A stretch of DNA of 64,000 bases from a virus. Lineage: Duplodnaviria > Caudoviricetes. The notes beneath the pieces are model-generated. The model was not told where the DNA came from, searched no databases, and worked only from the letters and a program-made list of their open reading frames with translations. Shown here piece after piece: positions 38,528 through 49,240 of the stretch (the stretch's first letter is position 1; the number at the start of each line of letters is the position of its first letter). The DNA lies in IMG/VR virus record IMGVR_UViG_3300025646_000037, positions 1,199-65,198 of that record; one strand, 5' to 3'. The position numbers and the translations under genes were made by a program.

Positions 38528-41500
38528 TTAACCTAACTTTAAGTTTGATGCTGTTAAACTTGGTACAACTGCTACTTGATCAACAGTTGCCACACTAATA
38601 AAAATCTCATCTGCTTCACAGGTAATTTGCTGTAGATTACCGTATGTAGAATTATCAGGAACGATAACAATACTTGCTACATAGGGGACTAGTTCTGCAT
38701 GCAAATAAGCACTTAGCTCACTGAAGTAGAAAGTCTCACCGAAATCCCAGTTTTCTAATTCAAAATATGTGTTTAGAGCAGATACTACTCGTACTCTTAT
38801 CTCACTATCACTGATATTAATATTTGGATTTTTAACAACCTTAAAGGTTGCTCTTAAACCGTTCTCAGCCTTAATTCCAAATAAAGGCTTAAATTTTGCA
38901 CTATTATAAATTAATGTGTCACTTATGCTCTTATAGTTTTCTAAACTTGCATAGTTTAATCTTAGATCTTCACTAGTTGGTCTTAGTGGTTGGGTAATTT
39001 TACCTGTTGTGTCGTATGCCCATAACCTGTAATCATCATTGTATTCATTAGTCAACAAGAATAAGTCAACTATATTACTTGGACTAGGATCTATACGCTT
39101 GTAACCTGGTGCATTGTGTCTGTACTGGAAGTATATACCCTGCCTTCCTGTATAATATTGATAACCTGAGATAGGACTAACTACTTTAACGTTATTAACA
39201 ACAGAAAGCTGGTAAAACAACTTTGTAGATGTTGTAAAGAATATTTTTCCGTCTGGGTAATCGTTCTTGTTGGCTTCTATTTCATCTATGTTAGCAAATG
39301 AATAGTTCACTTGTCCAGCAGGTAACGGTTCGGTGTCATTAAAACTATATTGATCTGTCGTTGGTTTAAAATAAACACGTTTGTTGTTAGGATTAGTATC
39401 TGGATCAACGTAGCTAACAAAGAAGTCAGGATCGTCAGCGATTCCGTCATCGTCTCTATCAGTAAAACTAACTCGCAAACGCTTATTATTAATATACCCG
39501 TCACTCTCTACAACATTCTTGTAAACTTGTAAGTTATAGTCTATTGCTAGAGGATCAGAACTATCAGGTTTCGTATTAGTTCGTAAAATCTTGATATTAT
39601 CTCTTACGATACCACCTATTGTTGCATCGTAAATTTTAACAGTTTCGTCTAGATAAAAGTTAGTTTCGCCTTCAGACTCGTAAATGTATTCTAAACTTCG
39701 ATATGTAACTGTATAAACTTGATTAGTTGCTTTAAAATGCATAACCCAACTTGCATCTAAGTTTGCGCTAGTTGTATTCTTAGCATAAGCTAAACTAAAA
39801 TCACTTGATAGATCTAAATCTGCTTCGGCAATCACATACCAAGTTCTTAATGTTTGGTCGTACCCTAAACCGAATTCATCATATACTCTTAGTAGTTCTA
39901 TAATAGTATTCTCTATTGTACTACTAGGAGTGTTGTTATATGTAGGAATAATCTGTGCCATCTCGGCACCTGTAGGAACTATTTCATTTAACGTTACAGG
40001 ACCGTTGCCGTTATCTAAATTACCTAAACCACCGTTAGTACCATCAGTAACAACATCATTAATAGTTGCCCAGATAGTAGAGCGATCACCAGGCAATGCA
40101 GGTGAACCTGTTTTAATTAGATTATCCGCTGTAAAATATTTGCCGCTTGGTGCATCAAATTTAATTAAACTATTTTCAGTCAGATATTTTCTGTTATCAC
40201 CTACGTAACTACCTATATTTTGTGGATCGTCATCTGCGTTAACAAAATACCCAGTACACACATTAGTTGCTACTGAGCTTTGATTCCAGTATAAACTTGG
40301 AAAAGTATATCTATTAAAGTTTGCATAATAAAAATGCAATGTTTCTCGTTCAGCCAATGCTGGCTTTACTTGTGTGTTAATCGCATTCAATATATCCGCA
40401 CTAGTAACAAAGTCGAATGTAAATGTTTTATCGTTGTCTCTGCGATATAGCATACCATCTTGACAGAATATATTTGTACTACTGTAACGTCCTGAGGTAT
40501 CTGATACATCTAAAAATCTGCTAACACCTGAGGCTGTTCTATTAACTGCTTTGACCTTAACTAGGTCGCTGAAGTTTGTAAATGGGAAAATATTATAATC
40601 TTCACCATTAACCATACGGTTTTGTGTATAGTATTGTTGTGGCGCTTTTAACCTAATTTGGTCTGACGTTTCTCTTGCACTTGCGTTAGTGACTGTGTAC
40701 TCTAAACTTGCAACAATAGTAAGTGTTTCCTGTCTACCTCTCTTGCTTACATAGGGAACACTGAAGGAAATTTCTTGCATATCAGCTGGAGTAATCTGAT
40801 AGGTCAGTCCGTTACTTTGTCTATAAAATAGTCTAAATCTTCCTTTAGGGATGTCTGCAAATGCACCATCACCAAACACTAAGTTAATCTGATCGTTTAG
40901 TCGGGATGTTACCTGGTATGCTAGACGACTTTGCGTGTCATCTGAATTATATATGATATTGGTTTGAGCAACACTAGGGACCTTAGTCCAAAGATCACTG
41001 ATGTCATCGTTGTCATCTAAACTATACAACCAAACATCATTGTTGTTAATATTGTTTAGGTTAATACTTGCAACACGATTACTTAAACTTTCGTCGAAGT
41101 TAAGATCGATGCTACTTAATGCACCCTGCTTAAAGTAAAAGAAGTATCCTGTATTATTACTTGAGTTGCCTAAATTGTCATTTTTATAAATTATCTGAAA
41201 AGTACCGTCAGGGCCTACATTTTGTTCATAAACATATTGTTGTCCTAATGTACTTGCACTAACTAATTCAAAATTAGTTGATGTTCCGTCAATACTTTTA
41301 CTAAACGGGAATACCGGTGCAACTGTATTGTTAATACTAAAAGCATACTCATCATGTCTCACACTATCTAACGTTTGACTATTTGCAGGCTTCCCAACTT
41401 TTTGTCCGGAAACCATTGCTGAGTTAAGTACTGTATTCCATTGCTCTAACCAGTCTGGGTTAGTGATATCGTTCCAATTAATATTGATGTTTGTAATATT

Positions 41501-41905
41501 TTTGCCTGCACTGTCAGTCAATGTTTCTGTAGTAGATACACTATTAAATTTTAAAAATCCTGATGCTGGTATATTTCTTTTGGGATTATAACTTACTAAA
41601 CGTGCTAGACGTAGTATACTATCTCTACGCTCAGCTGTATCAATAAAGTTTTCACGGGTGTTTAAGTCTGCTCTAAATGCTAAACTCTGACCCATGAAAG
41701 CTATTAAATCTATTAAGGCAATATACTCGCTGGACTCAATGAAGTCATTGAAGTCTTCAGGATAGTAGAGTTGCAGATAGTCTATCATGGCCTTGCGAAG
41801 AGTCGCAAAGTCATAACTCTGGAAGTCTGCCTCCCTAAAACTCTGATAGACTTTTTGCCAATCTTCTGCGGCTAAAAGTCCTGTTTGTCGTTCATTAATT
41901 GCCAT
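38528..41905 (-). CDS. gp6: Baseplate wedge subunit, T4 gp6-like
   Basis: DFATLR..MIDYL...PEDFND, ENFIDTAERRDSILRLA..VSYNPKR, QNRMVNGEDY. Confidence 0.85.
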   Translation of the reverse strand: MAINERQTGLLAAEDWQKVYQSFREADFQSYDFATLRKAMIDYLQLYYPEDFNDFIESSEYIALIDLIAFMGQSLAFRADLNTRENFIDTAERRDSILRLARLVSYNPKRNIPASGFLKFNSVSTTETLTDSAGKNITNININWNDITNPDWLEQWNTVLNSAMVSGQKVGKPANSQTLDSVRHDEYAFSINNTVAPVFPFSKSIDGTSTNFELVSASTLGQQYVYEQNVGPDGTFQIIYKNDNLGNSSNNTGYFFYFKQGALSSIDLNFDESLSNRVASINLNNINNNDVWLYSLDDNDDISDLWTKVPSVAQTNIIYNSDDTQSRLAYQVTSRLNDQINLVFGDGAFADIPKGRFRLFYRQSNGLTYQITPADMQEISFSVPYVSKRGRQETLTIVASLEYTVTNASARETSDQIRLKAPQQYYTQNRMVNGEDYNIFPFTNFSDLVKVKAVNRTASGVSRFLDVSDTSGRYSSTNIFCQDGMLYRRDNDKTFTFDFVTSADILNAINTQVKPALAERETLHFYYANFNRYTFPSLYWNQSSVATNVCTGYFVNADDDPQNIGSYVGDNRKYLTENSLIKFDAPSGKYFTADNLIKTGSPALPGDRSTIWATINDVVTDGTNGGLGNLDNGNGPVTLNEIVPTGAEMAQIIPTYNNTPSSTIENTIIELLRVYDEFGLGYDQTLRTWYVIAEADLDLSSDFSLAYAKNTTSANLDASWVMHFKATNQVYTVTYRSLEYIYESEGETNFYLDETVKIYDATIGGIVRDNIKILRTNTKPDSSDPLAIDYNLQVYKNVVESDGYINNKRLRVSFTDRDDDGIADDPDFFVSYVDPDTNPNNKRVYFKPTTDQYSFNDTEPLPAGQVNYSFANIDEIEANKNDYPDGKIFFTTSTKLFYQLSVVNNVKVVSPISGYQYYTGRQGIYFQYRHNAPGYKRIDPSPSNIVDLFLLTNEYNDDYRLWAYDTTGKITQPLRPTSEDLRLNYASLENYKSISDTLIYNSAKFKPLFGIKAENGLRATFKVVKNPNINISDSEIRVRVVSALNTYFELENWDFGETFYFSELSAYLHAELVPYVASIVIVPDNSTYGNLQQITCEADEIFISVATVDQVAVVPSLTASNLKLG

Positions 41906-41923
41906 ATTTTGTTAACCTTTTAG

Positions 41924-41930
41924 TATTTAT
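41924..41930 (-). promoter_or_regulatory. Late promoter-like element
   Basis: ATAAATA on the minus strand upstream of gp6. Confidence 0.55.
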
Positions 41931-41948
41931 TTTACCTAAAATGTACTG

Positions 41949-42323
41949 TTATAATGCTGTTAAACTTTGATCAGACTGGTCAAACATCATCCTTAAAGTA
42001 TCTGTTTGATCACTATCAATGTATTCAAGATCAAGTTCTACCTGTATGCCTTGGTCATATTCTACAACGTTAACATTAACTACGTTAATTCTAGGATCGT
42101 AACTGACCACTGCTTTAATGTCGTCTATGATTGCCTGTTTAGATGATGTGGTTAATGGATCGAATACAACGGACCAAAGATTACTTCCAAAATTAGGATT
42201 GTGAAGTTTTTCACCTTTACGAATGTGGAAGTGATTAATTAAATCCTGTTTGGCTAATTCAAAATCAGTTAGTTTAGTTTTTCGTGTATTGTTAACTGTA
42301 CTGAACCCTTTATATTTTATCAT
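41949..42323 (-). CDS. gp25: Baseplate wedge subunit, gp25-like
   Basis: DL.NHF.IRKGEK..NPNFGS...FDP...YDPRI. Confidence 0.85.
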   Translation of the reverse strand: MIKYKGFSTVNNTRKTKLTDFELAKQDLINHFHIRKGEKLHNPNFGSNLWSVVFDPLTTSSKQAIIDDIKAVVSYDPRINVVNVNVVEYDQGIQVELDLEYIDSDQTDTLRMMFDQSDQSLTAL

Positions 42324-43465
42324 TTTCTAACTCCTAAAACACTTACCCCATGAGCTCCATGCTTGGCTAAGTTATCTGCGTAGGCTGTCAGGGATGCGTT
42401 TAAATTTCCAGTTCCCTGTCTCCAATTTTTTGCCCCCACCGGGCCAAGTTGTGTAGACACCGCCATCATAGCGCCTTTAAACTTGGCTGGGTCTGTTGGA
42501 CTAATACCGCCATTTTTCTTCATTTTTCCAAAAAAGTCATTACATGCTGACCTAAAGCCTGTTTCTTGTGCTTTTGGATTACCTAGGAAAGCGGCTTTAC
42601 TACCAGGCTTTGTGCCTCCCATCCAGTTATTAGGATTGTTAAGAATAGATGATCCTGTTAGTGCACCTGATCTAAATTTGTCTCCCAAACCTTTTTGCAA
42701 CATACCTGCTGATTCAAGCATTTCAGGATTCATTTGGTACTTGCCTAACTTGTCGCCTAAGTCCTGTAAGTATCTGCCATCTCCAAATTTACTTTGTGCT
42801 TGACCCATTGCTGTAGTGAACCCATTCATCTGTTCTGCGCCTAAATCACCTACACTCTGAAGTCCGCCTGCCTGGTTAAATTTGTCTATTTCCATTTGTG
42901 CTTTAGTTGCGGCGTCGTCTAATGGTAAGTCTATACCTTGTTCAGAAAACATATCCTTTAGTTTGTCGAATTTAGGATCTTCAAATGCAGATGCATTGAA
43001 GTCTTTAACTTTAGACGACAATTTATTTTTAAGATTGTTCAGGCCCTGGAAGTTTTTTATTTTACTTAAACCTAGGTTAAATTTTTTCTGAGTCTCAGGA
43101 TCCTTAAGTATTTTTTCCGCCGTCTCTTTCATTTTTTCAACATTCTCAGCAGATAACTGCTCTTTAAGTTTAGGATTGGCACCTTCTAGTGCGCCACTAA
43201 ATTTATTCTTTAACCCTGCCAAAGCCGCATTACTTTTACCTTTTAAAAAGTCCATGCTAGTAGATGCATCACCGGCTGCGAAACCTTCTGAACCAGGTAT
43301 CTTAGAAAATCCGGATAAAATTTCTTGTTGGCTACCAGGAAAAGCTGATGACAACTTGCTAACAGCCTCACCAGGAGTTTTAGTACCCGCCATAAGTTTG
43401 TTCAATTCGTTACCGTCCTGTACGACGCCAGTTTTTAATTGTCCAATAACTTGTTCAATATTCAT
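42320..43465 (-). CDS. Baseplate hub-associated protein with a putative lysozyme-like C-terminal domain
   Basis: LGKYQM...LE.AG.L...W.G...FL.NP.AQE motif; located between the gp5-like gene and gp25. Confidence 0.5.
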   Translation of the reverse strand: MNIEQVIGQLKTGVVQDGNELNKLMAGTKTPGEAVSKLSSAFPGSQQEILSGFSKIPGSEGFAAGDASTSMDFLKGKSNAALAGLKNKFSGALEGANPKLKEQLSAENVEKMKETAEKILKDPETQKKFNLGLSKIKNFQGLNNLKNKLSSKVKDFNASAFEDPKFDKLKDMFSEQGIDLPLDDAATKAQMEIDKFNQAGGLQSVGDLGAEQMNGFTTAMGQAQSKFGDGRYLQDLGDKLGKYQMNPEMLESAGMLQKGLGDKFRSGALTGSSILNNPNNWMGGTKPGSKAAFLGNPKAQETGFRSACNDFFGKMKKNGGISPTDPAKFKGAMMAVSTQLGPVGAKNWRQGTGNLNASLTAYADNLAKHGAHGVSVLGVRK

Positions 43466-45006
43466 TAGAGTAATCCTTGGTAAAACTCAGCTATTTGCTG
43501 TGCTGATTTTGCTAATATCCTTCTAGGATATGGCTCGTGTGTTGGTATCCATTCTAATATACTTTCTATACTGGGCTCTTCCTCTTCTTTCCAGATAAAA
43601 CCTTCCTGTAAAACATCGGTATATTTTTCTTTTTCTATCTCAGGAACTTCAGGACTATCAGGACCAGCTCCACTGTTTAAATTAATTGTAGGAGCCTGTA
43701 GATTAAGTGTACCGCCTGAATTCCAACCAGACGAGTTAGCGGCATTTAGGGCTATACCACCGTCTGCTAGTATAGTTAAGTCTCCACCATGTTCTAAATT
43801 CGTGTCCTTAAATGTTTTAATACGTAAGTCATCAGTTTCTGCTTTAATAAACTTTTTGCCACGTAGCCTTATAGTGTCTTCTGCTTCTATATTAATATCT
43901 CTATCTGCACGTAAATTTAAATCTAATCCTGTTCTAATATTAAGACTGTTATTACTAAAGATAGATATCTGTCCTCTAGAATCTATTTCTATCCAGGCTA
44001 ATCCATTAGCATGTGTTATATGAATAAACTCTTCAGTGTCATGCATTGTAATCTGATGACCACGTGCAGTTCTAAGACGAATTAAGTTGTTCTGTCCTAC
44101 AATGTCACCATCATCCATTGTAAGACTGTGTCCTCCTCTTCTACCTTTATCACCTTTATTGATGTACTCTTTTACATCTTCCTCGGTTAACTCTCCCTGC
44201 TTTGCCTTATTAATAAGATTTAAATCAGCGGCTAGGTCTTTTCTTAAACGGCCAGGTGTAATAACACCAAATACATTGCTAGGTGTTTCTCTCTGCGCAC
44301 TACTTGATATAGGACCTCTGTCTTTATCTCTGTCTAGTCCTTGTATTAGAAATTGCTTGGCTACATCCTCGTGTATTGCTCTAGCTTTACTATAAAAGTT
44401 TTCTATGTCCTGTTTGTCTTTTGCTTTGAATTGTACCTCAGACATAGGAAACTTTAGACCAGTAGTATCTTGGCTTTCTTCAAAATAACTTTCCAGACTC
44501 TCCATTACTGCGTTTTTTAAAATTTCGCTCTGATAATCGGCCAATGCACTGAAATCTACCGCAGATCCAGATGCATCTGCGTATGCTCTTGATCCTATAC
44601 TTGGGACCATGTGATTTTTAAGTGGCTCAGGTACGGTACCTAGCCAAAATGCTTGGTTAATATCATGCTCAGCAAATACAACTAAAACACGTATTCCTAT
44701 ATCAGGTGGCACTGCCCACATGCCATAACTTTGTTGTACTGCATCGTAGTCTTCCGCTGATGACGCTTGATTCAGATTTGTAAAACCCATATACGGATTT
44801 GCATACTGACAAATTATCCAGCCTTTGGGATCATCAGGGTCAATAGCACCTAATGCTGGTATGTAAACTTCTAACCTGCCATTACGAGTGTAATCTATAT
44901 TATTTTTCACTATAGCAACATAAGGACCTGCGCTAATTAAGTCACCAGTCTGTACGGTACTAAAGTTTTTAGTTGATGCAAAATTTTCTGAATTTTTAAC
45001 TGCCAT
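43465..45006 (-). CDS. gp5: Baseplate central spike/hub protein, gp5/VgrG-like
   Basis: OB-fold D..RNGRL.VYIP, YGMWAVPPDIG.RVLV; beta-helix-like C-terminal repeats (RTARGHQITMHD, INLNSG). Confidence 0.7.
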   Translation of the reverse strand: MAVKNSENFASTKNFSTVQTGDLISAGPYVAIVKNNIDYTRNGRLEVYIPALGAIDPDDPKGWIICQYANPYMGFTNLNQASSAEDYDAVQQSYGMWAVPPDIGIRVLVVFAEHDINQAFWLGTVPEPLKNHMVPSIGSRAYADASGSAVDFSALADYQSEILKNAVMESLESYFEESQDTTGLKFPMSEVQFKAKDKQDIENFYSKARAIHEDVAKQFLIQGLDRDKDRGPISSSAQRETPSNVFGVITPGRLRKDLAADLNLINKAKQGELTEEDVKEYINKGDKGRRGGHSLTMDDGDIVGQNNLIRLRTARGHQITMHDTEEFIHITHANGLAWIEIDSRGQISIFSNNSLNIRTGLDLNLRADRDINIEAEDTIRLRGKKFIKAETDDLRIKTFKDTNLEHGGDLTILADGGIALNAANSSGWNSGGTLNLQAPTINLNSGAGPDSPEVPEIEKEKYTDVLQEGFIWKEEEEPSIESILEWIPTHEPYPRRILAKSAQQIAEFYQGLL

Positions 45007-45024
45007 TAATTATTTCCTTGATGT

Positions 45025-47682
45025 TTACCGTGCTAATGGATTATTACGAGCTGTTTCTGCCGCTGATCTTCCTGTAGACTTATTAGCGGCATCTTTTCCG
45101 CGACCTCTTGTTCTAAATTGATCATTAATGGTAGGGCCTCCATTACTAACCCTATGTGCCTGGCTATTAGTTAATGATGTTTGTCCAGGTTGAGTAGAAA
45201 CTGTTGCTGGACCGTCGGCTGGAGGTACGGATCCTAATCCTGCGAATACTGTGGAACCATTAGACTGCGAAACGTTAGCCGCTGTGCCTAAACCTGTTCT
45301 AGTAGTGTTTGCTGGTGGGGTGTCCGATACTGATGCTGTACTCTCGTTAGTTTCTAGACCTGTTTTAGTTTCAGTAGAATTAGAAACTCCAGACCCAGGA
45401 AATACTCCATTTACACCTTGTACAACATTATCTGCTGTTTTTGTAACTTCCTTCTTAGTCTCTACACCTACACCAGGCTGATTAAACAATCTTACCATAT
45501 TAAGGTCTTGTATAAACTGTCCATTACTAAAAGAACTTTGTACCATTATAATTTTATAGACTCCACTGAATGCGCTGTTAACAAAAAACGGATCATTCTC
45601 GTCTACCAACAAACCTGTATCATCATCATAGTCTTGAGGTGTTTTAAACAAGACATTACAGTTGATCTCATCAGCTTTTGAGAGTAAATTCATGTTTTCC
45701 CCGGCAAAGTCAGCTTCGTTGTAACCAACTAAAAAGTCAGGATCACCAATTATCTTTAAGTCAAGTTCGACCATGTCACCTTTTGCGTTTGTATATAAAT
45801 TTTCTTGTAGTATTCTATCGTCCTGCTGTTGGTAGTCTGCTTTATCAGATCCTTGTCCAGATTCTATAGAAGGAGGGACTGCATTCTGCTGTGCTGGTGC
45901 AATGCCACCAGAGGTATCATTATCGTCTGCATTTTGCTTACTGTGTTTAGTTCTAGGATCCCCAGAATCATCTGGCTTCCCTGAAGCTATTCTGTACTGA
46001 TCAGGATTAGGAATCATTGCTTGATAGTACAATGCATCAAATTTAATATTAAAGTCCAATACAGAATCGTTTTCGCCAGTGTAAATGTACTTGTAATTTT
46101 TTACTGGCTTAGTTTCTCCCCAACCTGGGTACGTGGGTACAGTTTTATTTGTTATTTCATATTTAGAAATTACAAATGTATTAGTCCTAGAATATTTCTG
46201 TGTGTCTATGTTAAATTGTTTAATAAGTTTTTTATTTTTTATTTTAAACCACTTTAATGTGTCCTGGTATTTCGCAGATAACTCTTCTAGTGCTTCCTTC
46301 CTCTTGTCTTTGTCACTAATATTTTCTAAACGTTTTCTTTCTTCAGGCTCTATTTTCTGACTTTTAATATAGTTACTTTGTTGTATAATAACCTGATTAA
46401 TTATTTTTATGATGTTTGAGCCGGAAGGAAAATTAAGATTAATATCGGTAAGATGTAGTTTTAATTTCCTATCCGTCATTGCCTTAGCCGCAGTGGCTTG
46501 GAAACCACTTCCAGACTTTGCCGCATCGGACATTGCTGCCTTATCTGCATCTTTCACATCTAGATTAAATTTAATAGGACTGTTCCTAATCTCTTCGTCT
46601 ATTTCAAATTTTATTGTGTGATAATATTCTTCTGATATATCAGTCTGGGTATTACCTTTAGACTGTGATATTAACGCATTCTTGTAATAGTTGTTATAAA
46701 ATTCTGTAAGTTTGTCAAAAAACTCTCCTACCGTTGCGGCTTTGCCACTAAATGTTTCGTGTATGGAACATTCGGTCGAAAACAATGCACTATCGTAAAA
46801 TGCAACTGCCTCTACATCGTATACACCGCCCTCGACAGTAACTCTGTTGTTAATACCTGTTATTTTAATTGGTGTTATAAATGGGACCAATGATTGATCT
46901 GGCTCATTATCGTCAGTATCTTTGTATCCCTGGAACTGTACTTTCAAGAAATATGGTACATCTAAATAATTTTTAATGCCTGTTGATCTACAAAGTTTTA
47001 ACAGTCTATTAAAAAATGTAACACCGTTAGGTTCTGTAATAGTAAATGTTATTTCAGTGGCATTTGCTCCACCTGTCATTTGGTTAAGACCTATTATACT
47101 TTGAATAGATAAGTTATCGATGTAAAAATCTACTTCGAACCCTTCAGCACGTTGGCTTGAATCCATGCCACCAGAACTTATAAGCAAATTATTATTCAAG
47201 GATGCATAATTTCCTTCACTGAACTCATTCAACATTTGAGGTGTCATTAAACCTAGTTTAATGTTATAGGTATACGAGCTATAGTTGTTTAGAGGATTTG
47301 GTCTAATTGCACTTTCTTTTTGAGCTCCAAATGCTTTTTTGCCTGAAGGATCAAATGTTCCTGCAGGGTCTAGTGCGCTGGTGTTATTGACAGAACCACT
47401 TAGATCATCTGGTGTATTATCTTTATTAAAAAACGGATTTGTGCCTACAGTTTCAGGTTCTGTGCCGTTTGTTAAATCTGTTTGATTATTAATAAGTCTG
47501 CCGTCAAACTTTCGACCAACATCATTTCCGTTACTAGATGCCACAGATTTAGGTCTTGTTCCTCCTGGATTATGGAAATCAAACGTACCACTTCTAGGTC
47601 TGTTATCACGAGTTGCGCCTTTAAGTTCTTTCTCTGTTAAAGGTCCGCTCCTTGTTTTAAATTGATCCTGAAGGCCCGCCAT
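45025..47682 (-). CDS. Baseplate hub protein (gp27-like, tentative)
   Basis: NPL..YSSYTY, F.I.EPNG, LKIIGDPDF, SGVYKI..V.SSF..GQF.Q.L motifs; position between gp53 and gp5. Confidence 0.55.
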   Translation of the reverse strand: MAGLQDQFKTRSGPLTEKELKGATRDNRPRSGTFDFHNPGGTRPKSVASSNGNDVGRKFDGRLINNQTDLTNGTEPETVGTNPFFNKDNTPDDLSGSVNNTSALDPAGTFDPSGKKAFGAQKESAIRPNPLNNYSSYTYNIKLGLMTPQMLNEFSEGNYASLNNNLLISSGGMDSSQRAEGFEVDFYIDNLSIQSIIGLNQMTGGANATEITFTITEPNGVTFFNRLLKLCRSTGIKNYLDVPYFLKVQFQGYKDTDDNEPDQSLVPFITPIKITGINNRVTVEGGVYDVEAVAFYDSALFSTECSIHETFSGKAATVGEFFDKLTEFYNNYYKNALISQSKGNTQTDISEEYYHTIKFEIDEEIRNSPIKFNLDVKDADKAAMSDAAKSGSGFQATAAKAMTDRKLKLHLTDINLNFPSGSNIIKIINQVIIQQSNYIKSQKIEPEERKRLENISDKDKRKEALEELSAKYQDTLKWFKIKNKKLIKQFNIDTQKYSRTNTFVISKYEITNKTVPTYPGWGETKPVKNYKYIYTGENDSVLDFNIKFDALYYQAMIPNPDQYRIASGKPDDSGDPRTKHSKQNADDNDTSGGIAPAQQNAVPPSIESGQGSDKADYQQQDDRILQENLYTNAKGDMVELDLKIIGDPDFLVGYNEADFAGENMNLLSKADEINCNVLFKTPQDYDDDTGLLVDENDPFFVNSAFSGVYKIIMVQSSFSNGQFIQDLNMVRLFNQPGVGVETKKEVTKTADNVVQGVNGVFPGSGVSNSTETKTGLETNESTASVSDTPPANTTRTGLGTAANVSQSNGSTVFAGLGSVPPADGPATVSTQPGQTSLTNSQAHRVSNGGPTINDQFRTRGRGKDAANKSTGRSAAETARNNPLAR

Positions 47683-47685
47683 AGG

Positions 47686-47991
47686 TTATATCCCTAATGC
47701 TTTGTTAATAGTGTCCTGGTTGGGAATGTAAATTGTTGTCCCTGAGTTAAAGTCAAATATAGGATCCTTAAGTGTGTTTGGATTTCTTACTGCGAAAACC
47801 CACCATAGATCAGGATCCTTATAAAGGTCAAATGCCAGTAAGTCTGGTCTATACTGATATGTATCTGTTATTGTATAGGTAGTATCACCTTTGTTAGATG
47901 GTATTCTACGCATACTTAAAACATCAAGATATTTTCCATTTACAATTTTTGTATCAAAATAAGGACTAGATTTTTTATAGGTAACAGCCAT
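47686..47991 (-). CDS. gp53: Baseplate wedge subunit, gp53-like (LysM-like)
   Basis: YRPDLLAFDLY.DPDLWWVFAVRN...IYIP. Confidence 0.8.
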   Translation of the reverse strand: MAVTYKKSSPYFDTKIVNGKYLDVLSMRRIPSNKGDTTYTITDTYQYRPDLLAFDLYKDPDLWWVFAVRNPNTLKDPIFDFNSGTTIYIPNQDTINKALGI

Positions 47992-49136
47992 TATAAAAAT
48001 CCTCCAGAACCTTTTAGTAGGTTACCTGTACTGAAATCTTCCCAGTTAAATTTCTGAGAAATGTTCCTTCTGCTATAAACAGGCTGTAACGTTAATGATA
48101 TAGAAGACTTAGTAGGTATTCTTGCTGTTTTGCCTGTTGATTGTACTGTTGTCTCTACCTTAGGTGTGAGTGACACCACTGCTCCCTGCTGATTACTAAG
48201 AGTAGAAGTACTGGTAGCTAAACCCGTAGCTACACCAGTTTGATTTGCGGTAGTTGTAGTTGCCAGACCTGTTTGTATTGGAGCAACCGGTTTTGGCTCA
48301 GGGGCGGGTTGTGGTTGTGTTGATACTGTTTGCGGCACTGAGTCACCTGACGCCACATTATCAGTTATACTTGTTATAGGACCGTTAGCAACAATACATT
48401 CTATATAATCAATATTTGGTGGCATAGTGTGGCTAAAACTTGTAACCACACATGGGACGTGTGGTAAATGCCACTCTCCGTAACCGTCTAGGTAAACAAT
48501 TGGTGGAGGATTGCCTGACTTAGGCCCGCCATAAAACATTTTTGTTGCTGATCTAAAGAACCATATCATTCCTAATACGTACTCTGCTTGCGATATGTCC
48601 TGGGCTGTAAAGTCTGCACTTATTGTAATAGCCTGTACTGCACTATTCTGATAAAAATAACTTGGGTAGTTACTATGTGTAGGCGCTACACTACCATAAT
48701 TGGCATTATGATTAATTTGTAAATTAGGTGTATAGGGGAACACTACCCCTCTATCACTAGCAAGTGCTGTCATAGGTCCTTCAAATGTAAAAGGACCTGC
48801 GGGAGCGGCTGTAACTCTAACTCTCCAGTCGTTGTCTGGAGTAATTGCGCCTGTGCCACTATCAGCAGAGCCAAAGAATATGTCGGGAGACATGCCACCC
48901 TGTTTACCAAAACCTCCAGGCACAAGTCCGTTGATGTTTAATCTAGAAAGACTGGGATTGCTTATTAGATCCTTGGCCTTGCCGCCCAATCCTTGTAGGC
49001 CTCTACCCATGTCGGCAAGATTAAAATTTCCTGTGCCTTTACCGCCTGTAGGAGGACGATTTTGTTGCATAGGATTGAAACGAGCAGTATCTGCCGCTGA
49101 TCTTCCTTTAGACGACGTCCCTCTTGTTTTAGCCAT
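47991..49136 (-). CDS. Tail tube initiator / baseplate-tube junction-like protein
   Basis: GVVFPYTP, FFRSATKMFYG..GNPPP.VYLDGYG, VPCVVTSF. Confidence 0.55.
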   Translation of the reverse strand: MAKTRGTSSKGRSAADTARFNPMQQNRPPTGGKGTGNFNLADMGRGLQGLGGKAKDLISNPSLSRLNINGLVPGGFGKQGGMSPDIFFGSADSGTGAITPDNDWRVRVTAAPAGPFTFEGPMTALASDRGVVFPYTPNLQINHNANYGSVAPTHSNYPSYFYQNSAVQAITISADFTAQDISQAEYVLGMIWFFRSATKMFYGGPKSGNPPPIVYLDGYGEWHLPHVPCVVTSFSHTMPPNIDYIECIVANGPITSITDNVASGDSVPQTVSTQPQPAPEPKPVAPIQTGLATTTTANQTGVATGLATSTSTLSNQQGAVVSLTPKVETTVQSTGKTARIPTKSSISLTLQPVYSRRNISQKFNWEDFSTGNLLKGSGGFL

Positions 49137-49181
49137 TATCTATCCTTTGGTAAAATTCAAACTTGTAACTCTTTAATTTTA

Positions 49182-49235
49182 TTGCTTTTAGTATTTATTG
49201 GCTTTATAATATGCTAATATAAAGAAGGATAAATA
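49182..49235. promoter_or_regulatory. Divergent promoter region
   Basis: Plus strand TTGCTT-N17-TATAAT (49182-49210) and TAAATA (49230-49235) before gp55; minus strand TAAATA (49192-49197) before the baseplate operon. Confidence 0.6.
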
Positions 49236-49240
49236 TTAGC

